From: Stramenopiles sp. TOSAG23-3
Taxonomy: Eukaryota
Assembly: GCA_900128585.1 (NCBI GenBank)
Contig: LT642167.1
Span: 1 to 47,020 of the forward strand
Reading direction: 5' to 3'
Length of the DNA: 47,020 nucleotides
Shown: positions 22,130-31,425 of the stretch, piece by piece
How the letters are laid out: every line of letters begins with the position of its first letter
How positions within the stretch are numbered: the first letter of the stretch is position 1
Position numbers and translations under genes: made by a program
The notes under the pieces: generated by a model
The model's input: the letters and a program-made list of their open reading frames with translations, nothing else
Databases searched by the model: none
Told to the model about the DNA's origin: nothing

Positions 22130-22246
22130 AGTTCGCAGTACACGAAGGAAATGTAAACCTTGAAAGTCTAAATCTAGAGTTCAGCTCGCAGTACATTAAT
22201 TTTAATCACTGAAAAATAACAGAGAGCCAATTTTCTTGTTTTTAAA
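22130..22246 (-). repeat. Dispersed 3'-flank element, long copy C
   Basis: Minus strand TTTAAAAACAAGAAAATTGGCTCTCTGTTA...ATTAAAATTAATGTACTGCGAGCTGAACTCTAGATTTAGAC aligns over ~95 nt with 28833-28925. The sub-motif AGTTCGCAGTACAC recurs at 22130 and 22324. Confidence 0.9.
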
Positions 22247-22410
22247 GAAAAAATACCTAAAATTCAGGGGTGTTTTATCATATCTAAAACAAGAAAATAA
22301 ATGAAATCACAACAGTAGAGATTAGTTCGCAGTACACCGAAGGAATGTAATGGACAAAAAGCTGAGTAGATTCATTTTCGCGGTATATGAGAAAGCTAAA
22401 ATTTTAATTA

Positions 22411-23679
22411 CTATAAGTGCAGATGTGTCATGGCGTGGACAGAGCCACTTCTATCGGCACCTGTATTCGGATCAATAAATTGCCCGTCTTCATTGCGTAC
22501 ATGCTCCAATGGATTTAACTTCCACCTTCCGTACTTCTCACCCGACTCTGAATTTTGTCGCTTCATTTCCCTATGACGAAAAAAACTGAATTTCACAAAC
22601 AGCACAAAATTTGCGTAAATCAGCAAAGAGATGGCTTTACTACTCATAAAATTAATGACGGCGCCGTTAAGCTTTGTAACCCGATCGTCGGTCTTACAAA
22701 CAATAGGCCAACCACAAAGTGCTGGGGTGCATGCACAGGAAGTGTCTGTACCATTCGCGTTCTTCACCGAGCAAAGCTCACGCTCCGTATCCTTCTGGAC
22801 ACACTGCAGAAGAATGCCGATTGTAAGAGAACCATTCACCAGCATGAAAATGATAATTAAGAACTTTCCCAACCAACGAAAGAATTTTCTGCAACAGACA
22901 TAGCCATCGCCAGAGCAACATCTACAAATGGCGCAAGGTTGCAAGACAGTACTAAATATTGTCAGAAGAATGGCTATATAAATCGAACTTATAGAGGCTG
23001 CATTTGACTCGCAATTGGTATTGTTATGCAAAACGAATGCTAAAAACGAAGCAAAGAACCAAGTGGCGGTCACAAAATAACACCGCCGTTTCCCTCTCAA
23101 TGGGTTGTGTTCGTGAGCGAAACAAATGCTAAATAATTCATGTTGGTTTTTCCAGTAAAAGCGAAAGTCTCCACAGAATGTGCCATCCGACGTGCCTTGA
23201 AACTGAGGTCCAAAGTGGACGTCACCGAGCAAGAATTTGTGAACAATAGGGTCTCGAACTTCCTTTCTCACCAGCTCTTTCGTAGCAGCTACCACCTTCT
23301 CACCCCCTCGGGTTATCCCGAACGCTACCGCCGCCGCCGCTCCGGCAGTTTTGTTCTTCAGCGCGGACAGCCCTTTGCTAGCTGCGTTTTCCAAGGTCGT
23401 TTGGGTCTCGTCCCTCGCTTTGTTTAGGGTGCTCCCAACGAAAGGCACACTGCAGAATTCCATTTTCTGGAACATTTTGTTTTGCGCCCGATCGAGCCCA
23501 TCTTCGAACTTAGATACATGGGCCGTGGCAGCATTTCCAGCTCTGCCGACCGAGGCCACCATTTTGTTCGAGGACGCAACAACTGCGATGTCAGCTTGTT
23601 TTTGCGCTGCGTCTACCACGTCTTCTGCCGCACCCCGGAGTTTCATCCCAGCACTTTGGTTCACCGAAGCATCTGACAT
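22411..23679 (-). CDS. Hypothetical multipass membrane protein (Ala-rich amphipathic N-terminus, ~4 TM segments, Cys-rich loops)
   Basis: ORF of ~422 aa from the ATG at 23679 with several hydrophobic segments. QHELFSICF..HNPL...RR loosely resembles the polycystin juxtamembrane motif. Confidence 0.7.
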   Translation of the reverse strand: MSDASVNQSAGMKLRGAAEDVVDAAQKQADIAVVASSNKMVASVGRAGNAATAHVSKFEDGLDRAQNKMFQKMEFCSVPFVGSTLNKARDETQTTLENAASKGLSALKNKTAGAAAAVAFGITRGGEKVVAATKELVRKEVRDPIVHKFLLGDVHFGPQFQGTSDGTFCGDFRFYWKNQHELFSICFAHEHNPLRGKRRCYFVTATWFFASFLAFVLHNNTNCESNAASISSIYIAILLTIFSTVLQPCAICRCCSGDGYVCCRKFFRWLGKFLIIIFMLVNGSLTIGILLQCVQKDTERELCSVKNANGTDTSCACTPALCGWPIVCKTDDRVTKLNGAVINFMSSKAISLLIYANFVLFVKFSFFRHREMKRQNSESGEKYGRWKLNPLEHVRNEDGQFIDPNTGADRSGSVHAMTHLHL

Positions 23680-24456
23680 TTTAATAGAGAAACAATCCCT
23701 GAAGCATAGCACCGTGCGATATGTGCCCCCCCCAACGTCCTTTTTTTTTCTACTGAAAAGGCTCTTTAACTTTACAGTTAGTTCACAAGTGTACAGTTGT
23801 CATATATTACCCCAATCAATAATAATAATAAAAAGTATATTAAATATATAATTCTACAGTAGTACCAATAGGAAGTTTGTCAATATATTTCTCTTCTTCT
23901 CTCTTCTTCTCTCTTCTTCTTCTTCTTCAGTCACTGTAGTCTTCTATCATCAAGAAGAGCACAGTAAAAAATTCAACAACACACAGTAAGCTGGAGCGGG
24001 GGAACGGTTCCTGATATTAATACCTGGTACGGATACTAGCTATTAAAATATGGGTTCCAGTGCTTTCCCTTCCGTACCGTACCAGGTATTTAATATAATA
24101 CCGTACTACTTGGCACTACGGTGGTGATTTTTAATAATAATAATATTATTAAATTTAATTATATATTAGAATAGTCGTCTAATACTGTATTAATAGGTCT
24201 ATAAAAAAATAATTATTATTTATTTTATTTTTTGTTGTTGTTGTTTTTTTGTTGTTGTTGTTGTTGTGTAAAAAAACAAAAGTCGTCCATCTACTATATT
24301 AAAAATCAAAAGATTAAAATATATAAGTATTTTGCATTTCCGAAGAAAGAGATTAAGTTTAAAATTGCACACCGAAACACAACTACTATTTAATAAAAAG
24401 GAAGTGCCCCCCACACAGACAGACACTTTTTCAAAGATACAATCTAAATATCAACC

Positions 24457-25527
24457 ATGTCGCTTGCGTTTTCTTTTGCTAGTGGAATGGCAGTCGGGTT
24501 GGCAATTCGCCGGAGCTACTCCGTACGAACTAGTCCGTCGTATCTATTCTTCTTTTCCACGAGGGGGCGAAGTGGATGGGGCACAAAGAAAACCCGTGCA
24601 GATTTAGAAAGTAGAATTTCTGAGTTTTGCAAAGAGGAAGAATCTAAGAATCCAGAGGACGAGACACAGGTTCTGGTGAAAAGTTTGGCTGGTAATGTAG
24701 CCGAGCGTGACGCTGACGCGTTCGATGTTCTTGGCGAGTTTCGTAGATTCTTAAAGACGGAGTACCTCGGTCGCACAGGATTTTACGCTCCTGTGTTGCC
24801 TTCGTCACAGACGCTGCTGTACGAGTCTTTCGACGGCGTGCTTCAGGAAGGGCTCATTTGCATCGTTGACAGGCAGAGCAAGGGCAAAGGGCGGGGTGGA
24901 AACTCTTGGGTCTCCCCGCAGGGGTGCGCGATGTGCTCGTTCAAGTTCCAAGAAACGAGCGGAAGGAAGGTCCCGTTCCTCCAGTACTTGATAGCTCTGG
25001 CCGTCCATAGGGCGATAAAGTCGCTTCCGGGCGGGGAGCACATTGACGTGGGGATCAAGTGGCCCAACGACATATACGTTGACAAAAAAATAAAGATTGG
25101 GGGTGTCCTCTCGCAGAGCAAATTTTCGGACAACAAGTTTGATGTGACCATTGGCATGGGCATTAACACTACGAACGAGGAACCGACCGTCAGCTTGAAT
25201 TCGAAGTTGCCCAAAGGCTTTCCAAGAATTTCGCGCGAACAACTGTTGGCGGAAGTGTTGAATCAATTCGAATCGATGATGCCCACATTCCGAAAGGAAG
25301 GCTTTAAACCATTCCACGAGGATTACAAGCGGGCATGGCTGCACACGGACCAGAACGTCCAGGTTTGCCTCAAAGATGGGAAGGACCCGATCATGGTGCA
25401 AATCAAGGGGATATGTGAAGCTTCCGCGGGTTTGTATGCCATCGACAAGAACAACAAACCGTATGAGCTGTATCCGGATGGCAACTCGTTTGATTTTTTT
25501 AAAGGCTTGATTCGGCGAAAGCTATAG
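24457..25527 (+). CDS. Biotin--protein ligase (holocarboxylase synthetase)
   Basis: QSKGKGRGGNSWVSP, IKWPNDIY, KIGGVL, GMGIN, and the eukaryotic-type C-terminus PDGNSFDFFKGLI. Confidence 0.95.
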   Translation: MSLAFSFASGMAVGLAIRRSYSVRTSPSYLFFFSTRGRSGWGTKKTRADLESRISEFCKEEESKNPEDETQVLVKSLAGNVAERDADAFDVLGEFRRFLKTEYLGRTGFYAPVLPSSQTLLYESFDGVLQEGLICIVDRQSKGKGRGGNSWVSPQGCAMCSFKFQETSGRKVPFLQYLIALAVHRAIKSLPGGEHIDVGIKWPNDIYVDKKIKIGGVLSQSKFSDNKFDVTIGMGINTTNEEPTVSLNSKLPKGFPRISREQLLAEVLNQFESMMPTFRKEGFKPFHEDYKRAWLHTDQNVQVCLKDGKDPIMVQIKGICEASAGLYAIDKNNKPYELYPDGNSFDFFKGLIRRKL

Positions 25528-26077
25528 TGATTAAAATAACACACGCACGCCTACAAAAGTTATGAAAAAGAAAACAGAATAATGCCTTAGTATAGCAAAA
25601 TAAAATAAAAATACGAGTAGAAACTTTCTTCACAAAGAAAAGAAAATGATGATGGTCAATTCTATTTATTCTTCTTCTTCTACCTTATTAGTATCATGAT
25701 AGAGATAGTCTAGTGTCTGCGTACCACCCATGATGATGTCAACTTTCTTCTTAGCAGAAGCCTTCTGCTAAAATAAATAGGAGAGGAGAGAGGAGGTGAG
25801 GTGATGAAACTCCTCGTACTTCTTTATTTTATAGCTCCTCGTAGAAATCGAAAGTAGTCTAAGAGTCAGCACATTTTCATTGTATTATTATTCGACGGAC
25901 GACGATTATTAATATAAATACCCTATTATACTATACTTAATATTGGAATTAGTTTACATAAATAAAACTTCTTCTTTTGCTTTTCCTCCTTCTCTTTATT
26001 ACGAAGATGTAATACGAGGAGTAGTCATATGTACGTTGTTGGAGACACAGAATGAAAATAATAATAGCTTAACAGCA

Positions 26078-26391
26078 AGAAGAAAGAAGAAAGAAGAAGA
26101 AAGAAGAAAGAAGAAGAAGAAGAAAGAAGAAGAAAGAAGAAGAAAAAAGAAGAAAGAAGAAAGAAGAAGAAAAAAGAAGAAAGAAGAAAGAAGAAAGAAG
26201 AAGAAAGAAGAAAGAAGAAGAAGAAGAAAGAAGAAAGAAAGAAGAAGAAGAAAGAAGAAGAAAGAAGAAGAAAAAAGAAGAAAGAAGAAGAAGAAAGAAG
26301 AAGAAAGAAAGAAAGAAGAAAGAAGAAAGAAGAAGAAAGAAGAAGAAAGAAGAAGAAAGAAGAAGAAAGAAGAAGAAAGAAGAAGAAAGAA
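26078..26391. repeat. ~310-bp pure purine (GAA/GAAA mosaic) simple repeat
   Basis: Only A and G on the + strand across the tract. Confidence 0.97.
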
Positions 26392-26626
26392 CACCACACA
26401 AACCGTTGATTTCAGCAGCGTTTTTTTGTCAGCCGACTAGTTTTTTGTAGCACAAATGCCACAACATAAAGTATTATTCATTACTTAGGAACAAATGTGA
26501 AGAATTGCAAGTGTAGGAAAAAACTCAATAAAACTAATCCACATTTGAGATAACTTTTGTTTTACTTTTCACTCTCTTGTTGTAAGATTATTCGCCCCCC
26601 TTTTTTTTGGCTGGAATACGGACAAA

Positions 26627-28769
26627 ATGAGGATGTTGCCGAAGAAAAAGCCCCTGCCGTCGTTGCTCACGCGGACCCTGGGGCAAGGTCGGCTTGCAAA
26701 GGAGCGTTTGAAAGTGCTGCTGCTCACTTTTTTGAGTTATATGTGTTTTCATGCGTCGAGAATACCACCGAGTATTACGAAAGGGGTCCTACATCCCCAC
26801 AGCGAGAGTGCCAATACCGTTGGTTCCTACAATCCTCAGTCGAACCCAGGCTGGTTGCCGTTTTCACAGGACCTGGTTCCAGAAAAAGTTCTACACGCGG
26901 GCTACCGAATCGACAATTCAAAGTTGTGCTCCCTAGACAACGCAGGCAAATTCTCATGCTCACACCAAGTGAAATCAGAGAATAAAGATGGTTCGGTTTC
27001 GTATTGGTGCAATAGGTACACTTCGAAAGATTTCAAGTTTAAGTTGAACCACTTGACGGGATCCAGTACAAAGACAAACTGCGGCATTGCCAACAGCACG
27101 CGATGCTGGGAAATCACTGCTATTTACGAAAACATAACCAGTGCAGAGAAGCAGAAATATTGTACCGACAAAGACTGTGCTCTTTTCGTTCAAAGTGGTG
27201 GTTATCGTCTTCCTGCCGAAGTTGATTCCGACACCGTCCAGTGGGTGGCGGCGCATGCTCTCGATGGGAATCCCCCGGACGTAGTGCCAGAAATTACCAA
27301 TGGTAAAATTTTGCTTGGCAGCCTGATGACCGTTTATTTGCTCTTTTACGCCGGTGGCATGTTTGTGTCTGGGCATATTGCCGATCAAGTGAGCTTGCGC
27401 CTGTTCCTTTCGTTTGGAATGATGGTATCCGGGATTTTGGTTGCAGGTATTGGTTTTGCCAGAGCGCTCGATCAGCACAGTCTGGTGTACTTTTATTCCG
27501 TGTATGCCGTTCAAGGCCTTTTCCAAAGCATTGGGGTAAGTGATCGTTTCGTCTTTACAAACCTATGTACATCTCTCATAGCTAACAACACCATGTCTCT
27601 TTGTCTTTTTCCAGTGGCCCACGGTTGTGGCAGTAATGGGAAATTGGTTCGATAAGTCCACTCGAGGATTTGTGATGACGGTTTGGAATAGCCACACTTC
27701 TGTAGGAAATATTGTCGGAAAGGCTTTGTCCAGTTTTGCCCTAGGCTTCAGCGGCGGCGAGGCAGACCTTAACAATGGGAACAATTGGCCAGCGACGTTC
27801 TTCGTGTGCGGTGGTCTAATTTCTTCGATGAGTGTGTTTGTGTTTTGCTTTTTAAAGAATTCCCCAGAAGATGCTGGTCTTCAAAAGGTTGTGATGGAGT
27901 CCGACACTGCACTACTCAAAGAGGGCCCCGACCGTGAAAACCCATTGCTGGACGCTGGCGCAAGCAAATACGGGACCACTCAAAGCAGTGGCGACACACC
28001 TAAGTCCAAAGAGGCGACCGGTATTTTGCGAGCCCTGGCAATTCCTGGGGTCGTTGAATTCGCGCTTTCGCTGTTTTTCTGTAAGTTTGTAGCCTATACT
28101 TTCATTTACTGGCTACCGTACTACCTCGGGCACGTTGGATTTCCAGCGGAAACGGCTGGGTATTTGTCAATTTTTTTTGATTTAGGTGGCATTCCCGGGG
28201 GCGTGCTTGCGGGAGTCATTTCTGACAAGGTTGGAGATCGCGGGGTTGTAATATTCGTTTATCTCGCGCTTACAATCCCGAGCCTTTACGCGTACCGCGC
28301 GATTACGGAAAACTTAGGGGATACGGCCATTGCTATCCACGTGATTTTGATGCTTGTGCTGGGTGCTCTTGTGAACGGACCGTACGCTTTGATTACAACT
28401 GCCGTTTCCGCCGACCTTGGTCAGCACCAAAGTTTGAAAGGGTCGAAGGCATTGATGGCCACAGTTGCTGGAATCATAGATGGGACTGGTAGCGTAGGGG
28501 CAGCGGCGCAAGGGTTGGTTATTGGAGCACTTAGCTCTTCGTGCAGGGGGTGGGATGCTGTATTTTCTGCGCTCCAATTTGCCTCTGCAATGTCCGCCAT
28601 TTGTTTAGTGCGAATGCTGCTCGCTGACATTGGATCTGAGCCAAGTGGGCGGATGTCCCTTCACAAGATATCCGTTTATGCCGCTGTGCTGGCTCTTGTT
28701 GGGGCAGCTGTGTACAACGTCGTAACAATGGTAGAAGATTGCGGTGTGCAAGATACGATGTGCACCTAA
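26627..28769 (+). CDS. MFS sugar-phosphate exchanger, SLC37/GlpT family; 2 exons (26627-27535, 27615-28769)
   Basis: FHASR, GWLPF, YAGGMFVSGHIAD, spliced QSIG|WPTVVAVMGNWF, WNSHTSVGNI, KFVAYTFIYWLP, VNGPYALITTAVSADLG, IIDGTGSVGAA. Confidence 0.93.
27536..27614 (+). other. Spliceosomal intron (79 nt)
   Basis: GTAAGT donor, GCTAAC branch point, pyrimidine tract and CCAG acceptor. Removing it joins two ORFs and restores the conserved GWP motif. Confidence 0.93.
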
Positions 28770-28832
28770 ACAGGAAAGGGATGACTCTGAGAGATGCACT
28801 GAAGTAAAATTCTCTCTTAAAAAATGAAATAA

Positions 28833-28925
28833 TAAAAACAAGAAAATTTTGCTGTTATTTAAGTAATTAAAATTAATGTACTGCGAACTGAAATCTAGAT
28901 TTAGACATTCTAGGTTTTTACATTT
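28833..28925 (+). repeat. Dispersed 3'-flank element, long copy D
   Basis: TAAAAACAAGAAAATTTTGCTGTTATTTAAGTAATTAAAATTAATGTACTGCGAACTGAAATCTAGATTTAGACATTCTAGG, ~64 nt after the stop at 28769. Confidence 0.9.
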
Positions 28926-29010
28926 ATAAAGTTTTTAAATCATTGCTAGTCCTATATTCAAAAGCAAAAATTCTTTAGTAAGATTAATTTGATGTGGGAG
29001 CCTTCATTTC

Positions 29011-29595
29011 TTAAACAATCGTCGGATCAATCATTTCAACCAATTTCAGTTCAAACACAAGCACTGAACCAGGCGCAATAAGAGAACCGTGCCTTTTATT
29101 CCCATAAGCAAGGTGGCTTGGGATAAAAAGTTTGTACTTGTCCCCTATTGACATCATCATGAGCGCCTCTTGCCAACCTTTAATGACTCCCCTTGGCCTA
29201 AATACTCGATTAACACCTTTATCAAAAATTGTACCATCGATCAATCTCCCTTCATATGTACATTTGCACCTCGTATTTAATGATGGGGTTTGAACAAAAT
29301 TATCGTTATGGTAGAGAACCTTGTACTGCAGCCCAGATTTCGTAACCTTCACTTCCGGATCATTCCGTACATTCATCTCTAGAAAATCCATGCCTTCTTC
29401 AGCCGATGGAGACGCGTAGGGATTTAAAGCAACAAGAGCAAATACGAGGAAAATTACTGCCCCAAGAGAATATAAAATCACTTTCGATTTGAAATTTTCC
29501 CGGTCTAGCTCTGCCTGACGCTCCCTTCTGTCTTCTTCTAATCTGCTCTTCTTTCGACTGGGTATATCTTCCCCTCCCTTTCTTTTTCTGATCAT
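29011..29595 (-). CDS. Membrane-anchored FKBP-type peptidyl-prolyl isomerase (Mip-like)
   Basis: Basic N-terminus, one TM, then VKVTKSGLQYKVL, YEGRLIDGTIFD, VIKGWQEAL, IPSHLAYG, PGSVLVFE. Confidence 0.93.
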   Translation of the reverse strand: MIRKRKGGEDIPSRKKSRLEEDRRERQAELDRENFKSKVILYSLGAVIFLVFALVALNPYASPSAEEGMDFLEMNVRNDPEVKVTKSGLQYKVLYHNDNFVQTPSLNTRCKCTYEGRLIDGTIFDKGVNRVFRPRGVIKGWQEALMMMSIGDKYKLFIPSHLAYGNKRHGSLIAPGSVLVFELKLVEMIDPTIV

Positions 29596-30093
29596 TGTAT
29601 TCTAGCATTGTAGAAGGGAATTTGATTCTACTACGACGGCTAGATACCCAACATAATCATTTCCCTACTTAAACATCTAAAATATTTAAAATTCATTATT
29701 ATTTCAATTCCTCTTTATAATCCAGAAGTGGTGGTTGTTATAATAAATATGTTCTTGAGTTTTTATATAATATTTATTTCTTTCCCACCATCGACACCGC
29801 CCTCTCCTCCTCCTCCTTTACTTATTATTACAACAAAAAATACACAAAAAAAAAAAAAAAGGAGAAGAAGATAATAGGAGGGAGGAAGAAAGAAGGAAGA
29901 CGCGACCGACGATGAATATGAATAATAAATTCCAATAATAATAATAATAATAATAATTGAAAAAAAATATCTTTTTCTTCCGCCGATCGACGGCGGAACC
30001 TCTAATTGAAAATGGAGCACAAGAGTTAATCTTTTTTTTCTATTGATATTAAAAAATTGAAAAAGACCCAGCGCATGTTCTACTTTTTTGCGC

Positions 30094-30633
30094 ATGAATG
30101 CAAATAAGGCAACCATGCCTTTGCCGATTTTAAATGTTATTTTACACCGCCCAATAATTCCTTGGAATACTGGGAATATTGGAAGAACTTGTCTTGGCAT
30201 GTCTGCTGCATTGCACTTGATTGATCCGGGGTTTGATATTGGTGATAAAGCTACGAAGCGGGCTGGTCTAGATTATTGGAAAGATGTTAATTTGCACGTG
30301 TACAAGGATTGGAAACACTTTGAAGAGACAGCTGTACCGCTTCTGAAGTCGAACGTGTTTATGTTTTCCAAGTTGGGAAAGCATGGAGAAAAACCGCTTG
30401 AAGCCACTAATTTTTTCGAGTCTCAACGTCACTTAAAAACCGACGATAAAATTTTGGGGCTTCTCTTCGGCAGTGAGCATACAGGTTTAGATGGGATATG
30501 TCCGATTGCAATAGAAAAATACGACAGGGTTTTCTTGCCAATGAACGGCGAAAATATCAGAAGTTACAACCTGAGTTCGTCAGTGGCAATGGGTATGTTT
30601 GAAGCTCATCGACAGTTTCAGTCCACCCCATGA
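30094..30633 (+). CDS. trmL: tRNA (cytidine/uridine-34 2'-O)-methyltransferase, TrmL/SPOUT family
   Basis: PIIPWNTGNIGRTC, LHLIDP.GF, KRAGLDYW, LLFGSEHTGL, PM...RSYNLSSSVA. Start is ATG 30094 or 30115. Confidence 0.92.
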   Translation: MNANKATMPLPILNVILHRPIIPWNTGNIGRTCLGMSAALHLIDPGFDIGDKATKRAGLDYWKDVNLHVYKDWKHFEETAVPLLKSNVFMFSKLGKHGEKPLEATNFFESQRHLKTDDKILGLLFGSEHTGLDGICPIAIEKYDRVFLPMNGENIRSYNLSSSVAMGMFEAHRQFQSTP

Positions 30634-30858
30634 GAGGAAGTACCCCATGAGAGGGGAAGTAATCATGGTAGCCATGGCGAGGCATTTGTACATAATATCA
30701 ACGCTCGTACGTCTCGCATGTGGAAGGTAAGAAGCCTTACACGGTTAATTCTTTCATTCGTTCGTAAGCATAACGTAGTAAAAGTATGTCTGTACATTCA
30801 ATATACTCAAAACAAATTTTACGAAAACTAACATGATATCATAAAAATATTATTGAAT

Positions 30859-30904
30859 GAAGAAACTTTAAAAACAAGAAAATTGGCTGTTAGAAGAAAC
30901 TTTA
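30859..30904 (+). repeat. Dispersed 3'-flank element, short copy E, flanked by a 12-bp direct repeat
   Basis: GAAGAAACTTTA [AAAACAAGAAAATTGGCTGTTA] GAAGAAACTTTA. Confidence 0.85.
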
Positions 30905-31081
30905 TGCGATGAATGTGTAACACCTCAAAGTGTCTGTAAAAATATTTTCTTCTTCTCCCAATTCATCCTTCCTTGCAAATGTAATTTGTTTTTGTTCCCG
31001 CTAAAGTCAAAAAGAGTGCTTTATTTCTAATTAAAACATACGATGCATTTGTTTTATTTTTTCTTTCAAAAATGATAAAAA

Positions 31082-31116
31082 AATTACTTAAATAACAGCC
31101 AATTTTCTTTTTTAAA
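31082..31116 (-). repeat. Dispersed 3'-flank element, copy F
   Basis: Minus strand TTTAAAAAAGAAAATTGGCTGTTATTTAAGTAATT, downstream of the ZNF598 stop. Confidence 0.85.
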
Positions 31117-31425
31117 AAACCTTTACAACACATTCGCGCGCCATCAAGAATATTTCACAGAGAGAGATGCTACAAGCAGGTTGTTAGGTTTCGCTCAAAT
31201 TAATCTAGAATTAAAACAAAGAATATATGTCTTCTGTGAAAAAATGTCTGAGGCAACTACATCAAGTAATCTATGAAAAGTTTACATGGAGCATGAGAGC
31301 CATCAAATCGTTATTGGAAGTGAAAAAATTGATCGTCGGGATGAAGTGCCCAAGAAACAGAGTGTGTCTTCCGTAGAGAAAATAGAGTGGAGAATAAGGT
31401 AGAGCAGAAACTTACCTGCAAACGG

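Noticed and set aside
25943-26440. K/E/R-rich and F/L/S-rich ORFs
   Set aside because: They are translations of the purine simple repeat with non-ATG starts.
30625-30660. 17-19-bp tandem duplication across the trmL stop
   Set aside because: Simple local slippage with no effect on the protein.
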